A stretch of 64,000 nucleotides of DNA from an uncultured delta proteobacterium. GTDB taxonomy: Bacteria > Desulfobacterota > Binatia > JACPRU01. Positions 1 through 10,398 of the stretch are shown here, piece by piece; position 1 is the first letter of the stretch, and the number at the start of each line of letters is the position of its first letter. The stretch lies in the NCBI GenBank assembly GCA_963711395.1, contig CAVQEA010000014.1:15269-79268 (forward strand), written 5' to 3'. The translations under genes and the position numbers were made by a program. The notes below the pieces were generated by a model. That model worked only from the letters and a program-made list of their open reading frames with translations, did no database searches and was not told where the DNA came from.

Positions 1-1032
1 GGCAAGGCCTACGAGGGCGAGGAAGACGCCGAACCGGAAGCCGACGAATCCGTCGTCTCGTTCTTCCGTAGAGTGCAGTCCGGTCGCGATTTCTTCCAGC
101 GGCGGCCGTACGCGAGGAAGGTCCGCCAGATCGCCGAGTTCTACAGCGATCCCATGGGCCAGCCGCTGATCCCCGGGGCCATTCTTCTCTATACTCCCGA
201 GAAGCTCGCGTTCGACGCCAGCGGCGCATCGCAGCTCATGGGCAATCTGCACGACCCGCAGGAGCCCTTCTTGGTGATCGACGGTCAGCACCGGCTCGCC
301 GGTCTCGAGGTGCTCGGGCGCCGCCAACCCGACACGCTCGAGAAGGTCGACGTACCGTGCGTCATCTTCGACAAGTCTCAAGCTGATTTCGCGGTCGAGA
401 TGTTCGTCATCATCAATTCCACGCCGACGCGCCTCAACCGCTCGCACCTGATCGCCCTCTACGACCGGTTGCAGCGCTCCACGCCGGTCGAGAAAGCCGC
501 CGCCAAGGCGGTGGCGCTGGCCTATGGCGAGACCGACTCGCCGCTCCATCGCAAAGTGGACATGCTCGGGCGCCGGCGGCGTACCGAGCGCTGGATCCGT
601 CAGGCGAGCCTGTTCCGCGAACTGCGCCGGCTCGCCGACAAGAACGAGAAGCTGCTCGGCGCCGAGCCGAACGCCAAGGCGCTCTACGAGGTGATGCGCG
701 ACTTCCTCCGCTCGGTGCGCAGGATCTTCGGCGAGGCGTGGGACAATCCCCGCTATCAAGTCAGCACCGACGTGACGTTGATGGCGATGATACGCGTGCT
801 CGGCGACTATCTGCGCAGCGCGCGCGGAGCCAGGACCTTCGAGGCCGTGGAGCGTCAACGCGCCTTCGAGAACTTGATCGAGCCCTGGGCGCGCATGGTC
901 CCAGAGTTCCGAGAAGAGGGCTTCTATGAGCGCTTTGCGGCGCGCGGTCAGGTCGAGCGCATCAGCGTGATCCAGCGAGCGCTCGCCAACGCCATCGGAA
1001 TCGGAGCTCGCGCCAGCGCCGAAAAGCGCTGA
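1..1032 (+). CDS. DGQHR-domain protein (DndB/DpdB-like family), 5' end probably cut by window edge
   Basis: Frame 1 is open from nt 1 with no stop before the listed GTG at 73. Motif FLVIDGQHRLAGLE has DGQHR encoded at nt 280-294. FVIINSTPTRLNRSHL lies downstream, as in DndB-like DGQHR proteins. Confidence 0.75.
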   Translation, partial: GKAYEGEEDAEPEADESVVSFFRRVQSGRDFFQRRPYARKVRQIAEFYSDPMGQPLIPGAILLYTPEKLAFDASGASQLMGNLHDPQEPFLVIDGQHRLAGLEVLGRRQPDTLEKVDVPCVIFDKSQADFAVEMFVIINSTPTRLNRSHLIALYDRLQRSTPVEKAAAKAVALAYGETDSPLHRKVDMLGRRRRTERWIRQASLFRELRRLADKNEKLLGAEPNAKALYEVMRDFLRSVRRIFGEAWDNPRYQVSTDVTLMAMIRVLGDYLRSARGARTFEAVERQRAFENLIEPWARMVPEFREEGFYERFAARGQVERISVIQRALANAIGIGARASAEKR

Positions 1033-1049
1033 GGGCGCCCCCCGCTCCG

Positions 1050-1256
1050 TCAGTCGGAATCTTCTTCCGACCCCTCCCCTTCGTCGCCGCCCGAATCGTC
1101 GGAGCCGGATTCATCGTCAGTCGCCTCTTGGACATGGCTGCGGTCGAGTGAAGCAATCCCCGCCTCCACCCGAGGAAGCGCCCCGGCACCTGGCATCCCG
1201 AGGTATAGCCCGTATGCGAGAGCGACGAGGAAGATTCGCAGGACTTCTTGCTTCAT
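1050..1256 (-). CDS. small hypothetical secreted protein with acidic tail
   Basis: MKQEVLRIFLVALAYGLYLGMPGAG is a signal-like hydrophobic N-terminus. It is followed by a D/E/S/G-rich tail. No homology recognised. Confidence 0.3.
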   Translation of the reverse strand: MKQEVLRIFLVALAYGLYLGMPGAGALPRVEAGIASLDRSHVQEATDDESGSDDSGGDEGEGSEEDSD

Positions 1257-1373
1257 GTGTGCGGCCTTTCTCTCACCCACCGAGCATCACGCCCGACGAT
1301 GGCTCCGGGGTAGCACACGTCCCGCGATGACGAAAGCCAACGGATTTGCGTCACGCAAGCTCTTCTAGGCGGG

Positions 1374-2234
1374 TCAGATCTTCCCGATCAATCCGCTCTT
1401 CACTTCGGCGATCGCTGCGAGCAAGCTCGCCTCGTCCCTAGCGCGCGGTGCGTAGAGGATCAGCCGGTGCACGCCCGCCTCGGCGTATCGCTCGGCCGCG
1501 GTGCGATCGAGGACCAGGCGCTCGCGCTCCGGCGCCGGCGTGACGCTGATCTCGAGATCCTCGAACCGTCGGCCTTCCTTCGCGCATGCCGCGCGCAGGC
1601 CGGCGATCGACTTCTTCGTCGCGTCGACGTCGAGCGCGAAGCCGTACCACCCTTTGGCGAGCCGCGCGGCTCTCGAATAGGCCTCGGGGGTGTGGCCGCC
1701 GAAGACCACTTCGGGATGGGGCTTCTGCGTCGGCTGCGGCCGCGCCTGCACGCCCGCGAACTTGGCGAACCGGCCCTCGAAGCGCGGCTGGTCCATCGTC
1801 CAGATCGCGATCATCGCGCGCAGGTACTCCTCGGTACGCGCGCCCTTGTGCGCGAACGAGACGCCGAGCGCGTCGAACTCCGGCTTCAGGTAGCCTACGC
1901 CGATGCCGAAGATGAGCCGCCCGCCGGAGAGCACGTCGAGAGAGGCGAGCTCCTTGGCCAGGACCAAGGGATTGCGCTGCGGAAGGATGATGATCCCGGT
2001 GCCCAAGCGGACCGACTCCGTGTGCGCGGCGAGAAAGGTGAGCGCGACGGTCGGGTCCAGCATCGACGTCATCGGCGGCACCGGCGACGGCGGCGCTTGC
2101 GGGTCCGGCAGCACGACGTGCTCGCCGACCCACAGGCTCTCGAAGCCTGCGGCCTCGGCGGCCCGTGCCACGCGCGCGGCGACCTTCGGATCGGCGCACG
2201 GCCCCATGTTGCAGGCGAACAGCGCGAACTTCAT
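1374..2234 (-). CDS. LLM-class (luciferase-like) F420-dependent oxidoreductase
   Basis: 286 aa. MKFALF...AAEAAGFESLWVGEHVV and RLIFGIGVGYLKPEF are typical of luciferase-like monooxygenase/F420-dependent oxidoreductases. Confidence 0.85.
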   Translation of the reverse strand: MKFALFACNMGPCADPKVAARVARAAEAAGFESLWVGEHVVLPDPQAPPSPVPPMTSMLDPTVALTFLAAHTESVRLGTGIIILPQRNPLVLAKELASLDVLSGGRLIFGIGVGYLKPEFDALGVSFAHKGARTEEYLRAMIAIWTMDQPRFEGRFAKFAGVQARPQPTQKPHPEVVFGGHTPEAYSRAARLAKGWYGFALDVDATKKSIAGLRAACAKEGRRFEDLEISVTPAPERERLVLDRTAAERYAEAGVHRLILYAPRARDEASLLAAIAEVKSGLIGKI

Positions 2235-2247
2235 CGAGACCTCCTCA

Positions 2248-4658
2248 TCAATAGAAGACCTTCTCGGCTCGCAGGCGGGCGATCTCCTCAGCCGTCATGC
2301 CGAGAAGCTCGCTCATGACCGCGTCGGTGTGCTCGCCGATGAGCGGGGCAGGCGAGCGCACGCCGTTCGGCGAATTGGCGAACCGCCACGGAATGCCGGC
2401 GTGGGTGCGCGCGCCGACCTCCGCGTGCGGCAGGCAGCGCGAAGAAGCCGCGCTCGACGAGCTGCGGATCGTCGACGAGGTCGCGGCTCGACATCGACGG
2501 GAACGCCGCAACGCCGGCCGCCTGCAACATTCGTGTGATCTCCCAGCGGTCGCGCGTGCGAGTCCAGGCGCTGATCTCCGCGCCGAGCGCGTCTTCGTTC
2601 GCCTTGCGGTCCCGCAGCGTGGCGAATCGCGGGTCGGCGCCGAGCTCCGGCCGGCCCATGGCGCGCGCCAGCGAATGCCACTCTGCGTCGTCGGCGCAGG
2701 CGATCGTCACCCACGCATCCTCGCCAGCCGCCGGGAAGCAGTCGCACGGCGCCATCCACGGATCGCGATTGCCGATGCCGGTCAGGCGCGCGCCCGGTCA
2801 TCGAGTACTCCATCCATCCCTCGGCGACCAAGGCGGCGGTCGCTTCCCAGAGCGCGACGTCGATGTGCTGCCCTCGCCCGGTGCTGCGGCGCGCCACCAG
2901 CGCGGCGAGAACCCCGGCCGCCGCCGTGAGCCCGCCCGTCGGGTCGCCGTACGAGATGCCGAGCTCCTTCGGTCCCCCTTCGGAGTATCCGCTGAGCGAA
3001 GCGAGCCCGGAGAGCGGAACGATCGCGGGGCCGTAGCCCATGTAGCTCGCCTGCGGGCCTGTATGGCCGTACCCCGAGATCGACGCCATGATGATGTCCG
3101 GCTTGATCTCCTTGAGTCGCTCGTAGCCGAGGCCGAGCCGCTCCATCACCCCGGTCGCGAAGTTCTCGACCACCACGTCACAACGAGCGATGAGCCGCCG
3201 CGCCACCTCGATCGCCTCGGGCCTGGCGAGGTTCAGCAGCACGCTCTTCTTCCCCTGGTTCCACTGGTTGAAGTACCCGGAGCAGTTGAGGGTGTGCTCC
3301 ATGCCGACCGGCAGGATCGGCAACCGGCGGGCGGCATCGGAGCGCCCCTGCGACTCGATTCGAATGACTTCGGCGCCGAGATGGGCGAGCTGCATGGCAC
3401 AGAAAGGGCCGGCCCATACCCAGCTGAAATCGGCGACGCGAATGCCATCGAGGGGCAGCCTCTCGCGCGCTCGCGGGCCTTGCACGCCCGCCGCGGGCGC
3501 AGCCGCGGGCAGCTTCGAGAAGATCTCGGCGTCGTGCTCGCCGAGACGCGGGGCGGGTCGGCGCACGCGCCACCACGGCTCGTGCAAGCGGTAGGGCGGG
3601 CCGAGGTGGCGAAGCGTGCCGGCGACGGGATGCGCGACGTCGACGAAGAAATCGCGGGCGCGAAGCTGGTCCTGCTTCGCGAGGTCGGCCATCGTCAGGA
3701 CCGGCGCGAAGCAAACTCGCTGCTTCTGCCCAGCGCGGAAGAGGTCATCGACCTTCCATTCCCGAGTCCACTCGCTGATGAAGGGCTTCATCACGTCCGC
3801 GTTGTCGGCGCGTCCCACTAGCCCTTCGAAGATCTCCCAGCTCGCCCACTCCGGATTACCCATCAACTCGATCAGCCGCTTCCATTGATCTTCCTCGACG
3901 ATCACGAAGAAGATGAGGCCGTCCGCGCACTCGAACATTCCCCAAGGGAACAGCATGCGCTGGCCGAGACGCGACGAGACCTTCTCGCAGTACGTGTAGT
4001 AGACGAGGTTCTGCTCGATGAAGGATGCCACGTGCGCCTGCACCGATAGGTCGACGTGCTCGCCGCGGCCGGTTTCCGTTGCGCGATAGCGCGCGCCGAG
4101 CAGCGCCACCATCGCGCTCATGCCGGCGTGCAGGGAGCACTGATGCCCGAACGCCTTGAGCGGAGGCAGGTCGGGTCGATCCGAAGCGCCCGGGCTGACC
4201 CACGCCCAGCCGCCCGCGTGCGCCGCCGTGATCTCCTCCGCGCGATAGTCGCGGTGCGGGCCCGTCAGGCCGAACGGGGTGATCGAGCCGACGACGAGGC
4301 GGGGGTTGATCGCGGAGAGCGATTCGAAGTCGAGCCCTCGGGCCGCGATCGCCGCCGGAGGATGGTCGTGAACGAGGATGTCGGCCCATGCGACCAGATC
4401 GTGAAAGCGTCGCCGGTCGCCCGCCGCGCGCGGGTCGAGCACGACGCTTCGCTTGTTGGTGTTGAGATAGAGGAAGAGGCCGCCCTTGTCGGGATGCGGG
4501 ACACCCTCGGGGAACGGCCCGCGGCGTCGGGTGCGATCTCCGCCCGGCTCCTCGATCTTGATGGCGTCGGCGCCGAGGTCGGCCATCAGCTTCGCGGCGT
4601 AAGCGGCCGATACCCGCTCGCCGAGCTCGAGCACGCGCAAGCCTTCCAATCCCTGCAT
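2248..4658 (-). pseudogene. tandem two-domain family III CoA-transferase (CaiB/BaiF), frame broken twice near the 3' end (or assembly indels)
   Basis: Likely start is MQGLEGLRVLELGERVSAAYAAKLMADLGADAIKIEEP at 4658. A second CoA-transferase N-terminus (LDGIRVADFSWVWAGPFCAMQLAHLGAEVIRIE) lies mid-protein. Real sequence continues in ORFs 2288..2755 (MAPCDCFPAAGEDAWVTIAC...GRPELGADPRFAT) and 2248..2511 (LPHAEVG...LIGEHTDAVMSELLGMTAEEIARLRAEKVFY). Frameshifts are at ~2780 and ~2440. Confidence 0.8.
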
Positions 4659-4713
4659 CGTCGGGCGGCATACGCTTGTCGCGGCGCGAGGGCAAGGATA
4701 GAGAGCGAGAGTC

Positions 4714-6048
4714 ATGAGGACCCGCTGTGACGACCGCTGGCGCGAGCGCTGCGGGGGCAGGCTCACGACCGCCGCCGAGGCCGTGCGTCTCATCCAGAAC
4801 GGGCAGCACGTCTACGCGGGCGGCTGGACGTCCGTGCCGATGACGCTCTGCCGCGCGCTCGCCGACCGCCGCCGCGAGCTTCGCGGCGTGACGATCAGCA
4901 CGTACCTCACTCCGTTCTCGTGGGACGATCCCGCGATCCTCGAGAGCTTTCGCATCCGCACGTTCTACGCCGGGCCCTTCGAGCGTCCTGCCGTTCAAGC
5001 GGGGCGCTTCGAGTACGTGCCGATCGCGCAGTGGCGGATGGGCTGCCTGCCGCCGGGCTTCGGCGATCGCGTCGACGTGGCGATGATCCCGATCTCGCCG
5101 CCCGATGCGCGCGGCTACTGTTCGTTCGGCACCGGCGCGTGGTTCAGCCCGACCGTCATCCGGCACGTCGACACGCTGATCGGCGAGGTGCACCCGGAGT
5201 TCATCCGCACGGGCGGCGACAACTGCGTGCACGTCTCGCGCTTCGCCCGCCTGGCCGAGATCGAAGACAGGCCGCCTGCGCCGCCGATCCCGCCGCGCAC
5301 CGAAGAGACCGAGATCGCCGCCCAGGTGATCTGCACGCTGGTCGCGGCCGAGATCGTCAAGGACCGGGCAACCCTGCAGATCGGCATCGGCGACGTTTCG
5401 GCGGCGCTGCTGGCCTTCCTCGGGGACAAGCACGATCTCGGAATCCACACCGAGCTCTGTCCGGGCGGCATCGCCGACCTGGTGCGCCAAGGAGTGGTCA
5501 CCGGAAAGTACAAGTCGCTCCACCCCGGCAAGGTCGTGGCCTCGGCGCTGGCGCAGATGCCGGAAGAGGATCTCGACTTCATCCACGAGAACCCCGTCTT
5601 CGAGCTCTACGACTTCACGTACACCGATGATCTGCGCAATCTGCTGCAGCTCGAAAACTTCACCGCGATCAACAACGCGCTCTTCGTCGACTTGACGGGC
5701 AACGTCTGCTCCGAGACGCGCGGCACGGAGGTTTTCAGCGGCCCGGGCGGGCAGCCCGCATTCGCGGTCAGCGCCTCCACGGGGAGCGGCGGCTCCGTGA
5801 TCGTGCTGCCTTCGTCACAGCTCCGTCCCGACGGCCGGGTGCCCCGCGTCGTCGCCGAGCTGCCGCTCGGCTCGACGCCGACGGTGCATCGCGGCTTCGT
5901 CGACGCGGTGGTCACCGAGCAGGGCATCGCCAGGCTGCGCGGCAAGAGCCTGCGCGAGCGGGTCGGAGAGATGCTCGCCGTGGCTCATCCCGATTTTCGC
6001 GCCGAGCTTCGCAAGGACGCGCAGCGGCTCTACGCCGCGGCGCTCTGA
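4714..6048 (+). CDS. acetyl-CoA hydrolase/transferase family protein (4-hydroxybutyrate CoA-transferase-like)
   Basis: 444 aa with TAAEAVRLIQNGQHVYAGGWTSVPMTL, LQIGIGDVSAAL and SGPGGQPAF motifs. Divergent from the CoA-transferase at 4658. Confidence 0.85.
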   Translation: MRTRCDDRWRERCGGRLTTAAEAVRLIQNGQHVYAGGWTSVPMTLCRALADRRRELRGVTISTYLTPFSWDDPAILESFRIRTFYAGPFERPAVQAGRFEYVPIAQWRMGCLPPGFGDRVDVAMIPISPPDARGYCSFGTGAWFSPTVIRHVDTLIGEVHPEFIRTGGDNCVHVSRFARLAEIEDRPPAPPIPPRTEETEIAAQVICTLVAAEIVKDRATLQIGIGDVSAALLAFLGDKHDLGIHTELCPGGIADLVRQGVVTGKYKSLHPGKVVASALAQMPEEDLDFIHENPVFELYDFTYTDDLRNLLQLENFTAINNALFVDLTGNVCSETRGTEVFSGPGGQPAFAVSASTGSGGSVIVLPSSQLRPDGRVPRVVAELPLGSTPTVHRGFVDAVVTEQGIARLRGKSLRERVGEMLAVAHPDFRAELRKDAQRLYAAAL

Positions 6049-6069
6049 GCGTCGACCGCGGTCCGCCGG

Positions 6070-9000
6070 CTACTCCGCGGCGGTGTAGCCGGGCCCTTCC
6101 ACGCTCGCCATCAGACGCAGCAGCTTCTCGCGGTTGAGCGGCTTCACGAAATGCTCGTTGAAGCCCGACTCGAGGGCGCGGCGACGGTCGAGGGGCTGGC
6201 CGTAGCCGGTCAGCGCGACCAGGTAGACGGCGTCGGTCGAATCCGCCGCGCGGATCTCGCGCGCCACGTCGTAGCCGTCGAGCCCCGGCAGACCGATGTC
6301 GACGAGGGCGATCTCCGGCGGATCGGCCAGCGCGAGCTCGACGGCCTCGTCGCCGTTGCGCGCCACCGCGACCCGGTGTCCCGAGGCCTCGAGCAACAAC
6401 CGAAGGGATTCCCGCGAATCGGAGTGGTCCTCGGCGATCAGCACCCGGCGCGGCGTGACGCGCGCGGCTTCGGGCACGCTCTCGGTCGCCGCGGCTTCGC
6501 TGACGGGTTTGGCGGGAATGCGAACCCGGAACTCGCTTCCCTGCCCGGTCCCCGCGCTCTCCGCCTCGACCGATCCGCCGTGCATCTCGGCGAGGCGGCG
6601 CACCAGCGTGAGACCGATGCCGAGGCCGCCCCGCGGCCGATCGAGCGATTGCTTGCCCTGCACGAATAGATCGAAGATGCGCGGCAACAGCTCGGGCTCG
6701 ATGCCCTGCCCGTTGTCGCGCACGCGCAGTTGTGCGTCCTCGCCGACTCGCTCGACGGCGATCTCTATCTCGCCGCCCTCGGGCGTGTACTTGATGGCGT
6801 TTTCCACGAGGTTGGTGACGATCTGCTCGAGGCGTACGGGATCACCGTCGACGAATACCGGCTCTCCCTGGAAGTGCACGAAGTGGCGCGAAGCCTTGCC
6901 GGCGGCGCGTAACGACTCGAGGGTCTGACTGACGAGCTCTCTCAGGTCGGCGACCCGCGTGCGCAGCCTGACCTTTCCGGAGATCAGCCTGGTGACGTCG
7001 AGCAGGTCGTCGACGAGTTGCGCCAGGGTGTCCGTCTGACGCGCGATGATCGAGCAGAGCATGGCCCCGGCGCCGTCGCCGCTGCGCGCTTGCGACATCT
7101 CGAGCGCCTCGACGCTGTTGCGGATCGCGCCGATCGGGTTACGCAGCTCGTGCCCGAGCATTGCGAGGAACTCGTCCTTCGCGCGGCTCGCCGCCTCGGC
7201 CGCCGCCCGCGCGCGTCGTTCGGATTCGAAGAGCTCGGCGTTCTCGAGCGCCACCGCCGCGTGGGCGGCGATGCCGGAGACGATGCGCTCTTCGCGCTTG
7301 GTGAAGGCACCCGGCTCGGCATGCGAGAGCGCGATGCCGCCGAGGATGCGGCCGCCGCGCGACACCACCGGCACCGCGAGGTAGCTCGCCACCGCCGTCC
7401 CGCCGAACTGACCCTCGAGGCCCGCGGGCCCGCCCGTGGCGCGAACGTCGTCGATGCGCAGCGGGCCGTCGCTCGAGAAGAGCCGGGTCGGGAACCGCGT
7501 CGGCCGCGGCGCGTCGAGCCCGAGGGCGTCGCGCGAGGCCGATTTCGAAGTGTAGCTCTTGTACCCCTCTCCGTCGCGCCCGTGGAAGAAGAACGTGCCC
7601 ATCTGCGCGTCGGCGAGCTTGGTCGCCGCGTCGGTGAGCTCCTGGATCAGCCGGTCGACGTCGAGCATACCGGAGAAGGTCGGCGAAAGGCGGTTGACGG
7701 TCTCGAGCGCGGAGCTCTTCTCGCGATGGCGTTCGTCGGAACGGCGGCGATCGACGAACTGGCCGATCTGATTCCCGATCGACGCGAGAAGCTTGCCGAG
7801 CGCCTCATCGGGCGGACGCACGTCGCGGGACCAGAGCTCGACGACGCCGAGGAATTCGTCGCGGACGCGGATCGGGAAGCCAAGCGCGCCGCGCAGGCCG
7901 TCGCGCTCCGCCTCGGCGCCGCGGGCGAAGGCTGCTTCCTTCGTGACGTCGTCGATCCATGCCGTCGCGCCGCTCCCCCACACGCGCCCGGGAAGCTCCT
8001 CGCCTCTCGAGAACGCGCGGCCCCGGGTCGCTGCCGCGAACGTCGTGCCGAGGTCGGGCGACCCCTGCCAAACGTCCATCGCGCGTAACACGCCGAGATC
8101 GCGGTCGAGCGTCCATGCGGCGCCGAAATCCCAGTCGAGCTTCGTGCCGAGCGCGCTCAACAACCGCGGCAGCGCCGCGTGCAGCGACTGCGAGTCGCCG
8201 AGCACCCGCGCGACCTCGTTTTGCGCGGCGAGGCGGCGCTCGGTCTCTTTGCGCTCGGTGACATCGAGCATGACGCCGCGGTGCCAGCGGCCGGCGCCGT
8301 CCCCGTCGTCCGCATAGAGGCGCGCGCGGAGCCAGCGCACCGCGCCGTCGGCTTTGACGGCACGGAACTCGAACTCGCAGTCGCGGCCTTGATCCGCCGC
8401 GGCCAGCAACTCGACGGCGGCGCGCTCGCGATCACGCGGATGGACGATCTTCGTCCAGAAGTCCCCGTCGGCGAGCCAGTGGTCCGGCGACTCTCCGCGC
8501 GTATCATCGGCCGCGGGGCTCTCGAACTTCAGTCGGCCACTGTCGGGCTCCGCCTCCCAGACGACCGCCTCCAGGTCGCGCAGCAACTGCCGATAGTGCG
8601 CTCGCGACCGCTCGGCCTCGGAGCGGACGGCGGTCTCCCGCAGCAGTTGGCCGTGCATCTCCTCGGTCGCGCTGAGCGCGCGCTCGGCATGACGCAGGCG
8701 AGCCGACCCGATCCAGGCGACCCCCGCGAGCACGAGCGCGGCAAGCGTCACCAGCATGGAGATCGCGCCGGTCGAATCCATCCACCCGTCCCGCTGCCCG
8801 ATCACCGCGATCAATCCGGCGAGCGCCGGCCCGGCGACCGTGAGTGGCAATAGCTGGCGCATGAGCGCGCTGGTGGGCGCCTCCCGGGCGAGCAGCGAGA
8901 GCGGCCCTGCGTCGGGCCGGATCGACAGAAGCGCGGCCGCCGCGAGACCGAAGAGGCAGATCACGGTGAGCTCGATCGGTGGCCGCGGCCCGACGGAGCC

Positions 9001-9591
9001 GCTCGCGGCATAGAGCACCTGGAGAGCGATCTCCAGCACCACGAACAGCGCGCCGATGGCGAAGAAATCGGAGAGCCGCCGCCCCGGCCAGCTTTGCACG
9101 TCGATCACCGCGGCGGCGGTGCCGAGCAACACGAGCTGCGCCGCGGTTCGCACGCTCGTGCCGTGGCCGGCATCGAGAAGCACCTGCTCGACGATGGTCA
9201 GCAGGCCGACGAGCGCCACGACGACGCCGAGCGCTTTGCCGATTCGTCGCTGCCCGGCATCGTCCCGCGATACCAGGATGAGCGACGCGGCGAGCAGTGA
9301 CAGCGACGCGGCGACCCTCGGTCCGAGCAGAGCGATCTCGGGCAGGAACGTCAGACCGAGCAAATGCTCGACGACCGATAGCGCGCCGGCCGCGAGCAGC
9401 AAGCCAGCGGTGCCGCGGACGAAGGCCTCCGCCATCTTCGAGCGCATCGTGGGAGATTCCACGATCGAGGCGGGAGCGTTGCTGATCAGAAGCACCGGCG
9501 GCGTGTCTTTCGTAGCACGTTTGACGGTCTTCCGAATAGTGCCGCCGACACTTTTCGCACCGCAGCGCGCGCTCTTTGAGCCTGTCCGCAC
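6070..9591 (-). CDS. hybrid sensor histidine kinase (multi-TM N-terminus, PAS, 2x GAF, HisKA, HATPase_c, receiver)
   Basis: H-box is FLAMLGHELRNPIGAI. N/G boxes are NLVENAIKYTP and DNGQGI...GGLGIGLTLV. C-terminal receiver is RVLIAEDHSDSRE...VDIGLPGLDGY. Hydrophobic N-terminal ~300 aa. The true start may be the Met at 9447 (MRSKMAEAF). Confidence 0.9.
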   Translation of the reverse strand: MRTGSKSARCGAKSVGGTIRKTVKRATKDTPPVLLISNAPASIVESPTMRSKMAEAFVRGTAGLLLAAGALSVVEHLLGLTFLPEIALLGPRVAASLSLLAASLILVSRDDAGQRRIGKALGVVVALVGLLTIVEQVLLDAGHGTSVRTAAQLVLLGTAAAVIDVQSWPGRRLSDFFAIGALFVVLEIALQVLYAASGSVGPRPPIELTVICLFGLAAAALLSIRPDAGPLSLLAREAPTSALMRQLLPLTVAGPALAGLIAVIGQRDGWMDSTGAISMLVTLAALVLAGVAWIGSARLRHAERALSATEEMHGQLLRETAVRSEAERSRAHYRQLLRDLEAVVWEAEPDSGRLKFESPAADDTRGESPDHWLADGDFWTKIVHPRDRERAAVELLAAADQGRDCEFEFRAVKADGAVRWLRARLYADDGDGAGRWHRGVMLDVTERKETERRLAAQNEVARVLGDSQSLHAALPRLLSALGTKLDWDFGAAWTLDRDLGVLRAMDVWQGSPDLGTTFAAATRGRAFSRGEELPGRVWGSGATAWIDDVTKEAAFARGAEAERDGLRGALGFPIRVRDEFLGVVELWSRDVRPPDEALGKLLASIGNQIGQFVDRRRSDERHREKSSALETVNRLSPTFSGMLDVDRLIQELTDAATKLADAQMGTFFFHGRDGEGYKSYTSKSASRDALGLDAPRPTRFPTRLFSSDGPLRIDDVRATGGPAGLEGQFGGTAVASYLAVPVVSRGGRILGGIALSHAEPGAFTKREERIVSGIAAHAAVALENAELFESERRARAAAEAASRAKDEFLAMLGHELRNPIGAIRNSVEALEMSQARSGDGAGAMLCSIIARQTDTLAQLVDDLLDVTRLISGKVRLRTRVADLRELVSQTLESLRAAGKASRHFVHFQGEPVFVDGDPVRLEQIVTNLVENAIKYTPEGGEIEIAVERVGEDAQLRVRDNGQGIEPELLPRIFDLFVQGKQSLDRPRGGLGIGLTLVRRLAEMHGGSVEAESAGTGQGSEFRVRIPAKPVSEAAATESVPEAARVTPRRVLIAEDHSDSRESLRLLLEASGHRVAVARNGDEAVELALADPPEIALVDIGLPGLDGYDVAREIRAADSTDAVYLVALTGYGQPLDRRRALESGFNEHFVKPLNREKLLRLMASVEGPGYTAAE

Positions 9592-9612
9592 GCCGAAGGG
9601 ACTGCCGCGGCG

Positions 9613-9893
9613 CTAGCCGTCGATACGCGAGCGCAGCGCGGCGACGCGAGCACCGACGAGCCGCATGCGGTGCTCGACGCGCGGCAAGACCGCGCCTGCT
9701 GAGGCGAGCTTCAACCCGACGAGGATGCCGAGGGCGATCGAGAGAAGCGCATCGCCCCACATCCAGCTGCGCCCCTCGTCCTCATCGAGACGCGACGAGA
9801 ACGCCGGCGAGGACGATCAACCCCGCCAAAATGATCACGGGGGCTCCCGCGATCGCCGGCGCGAGCCGCCAGCAGCGGACGCGGCTCGCTCAT
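9613..9893 (-). pseudogene. possible small 2-TM membrane protein, needs two frame changes
   Basis: Stitching three frames gives MSEPRPLLAARAGDRGSP / VIILAGLIVLAGVLVAS / EDEGRSWMWGDALLSIALGILVGLKLASAGAVLPRVEHRMRLVGARVAALRSRIDG. Weak; no homology recognised. Confidence 0.2.
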
Positions 9894-9936
9894 GCATTCC
9901 TCCCTCGCCCGAGCTTGCAGCGCTCGTGCGTCGGGC

Positions 9937-10353
9937 TCAGAGCGCCGCTCGGATCTTGGCGGCGACGGGCTCGAGCCGTTCGGGTGCCACCATCGACCGC
10001 CCGTGCAGCTTCAAGTCCAACCCCTCGGCGCGCGGCAGAACGTGGAAGTGGATGTGCGGCACGCTCTGGCCGGCGGCCGCTCCGTTCAGTTGCACCAGCA
10101 TGATCCCGGGGCATGCGAAGGTCTTCTTCACCGCCTTGGCCACCTTTTGCGTCGTCCGGATCAAGGCAGCCGCGCCGTCGGGTGAAAGATCGAGTATATC
10201 CTGCGCCGGCTCCTTGGTGATGACCAGCGTATGGCCCTCTACCGCCGGCATGATGTCCATGAAGGCAAGCGTTGCCTCGTCCTCATACACCTTCACACAC
10301 GGCAATTCCTTACGCAGGATCTTCGCGAAGACGTTGGTCGGGTCATACGCCAT
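9937..10353 (-). CDS. HIT-family (histidine triad) protein
   Basis: 138 aa from MAYDPTNVFAKILRKELP, with histidine triad VPHIHFHVLPR. The upstream part of ORF 9937..10647 is not protein-like. Confidence 0.9.
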   Translation of the reverse strand: MAYDPTNVFAKILRKELPCVKVYEDEATLAFMDIMPAVEGHTLVITKEPAQDILDLSPDGAAALIRTTQKVAKAVKKTFACPGIMLVQLNGAAAGQSVPHIHFHVLPRAEGLDLKLHGRSMVAPERLEPVAAKIRAAL

Positions 10354-10398
10354 CTGAGTTCCTCGCTTTCTCAAAGGCCTATAGCATTCCGAATCCCG

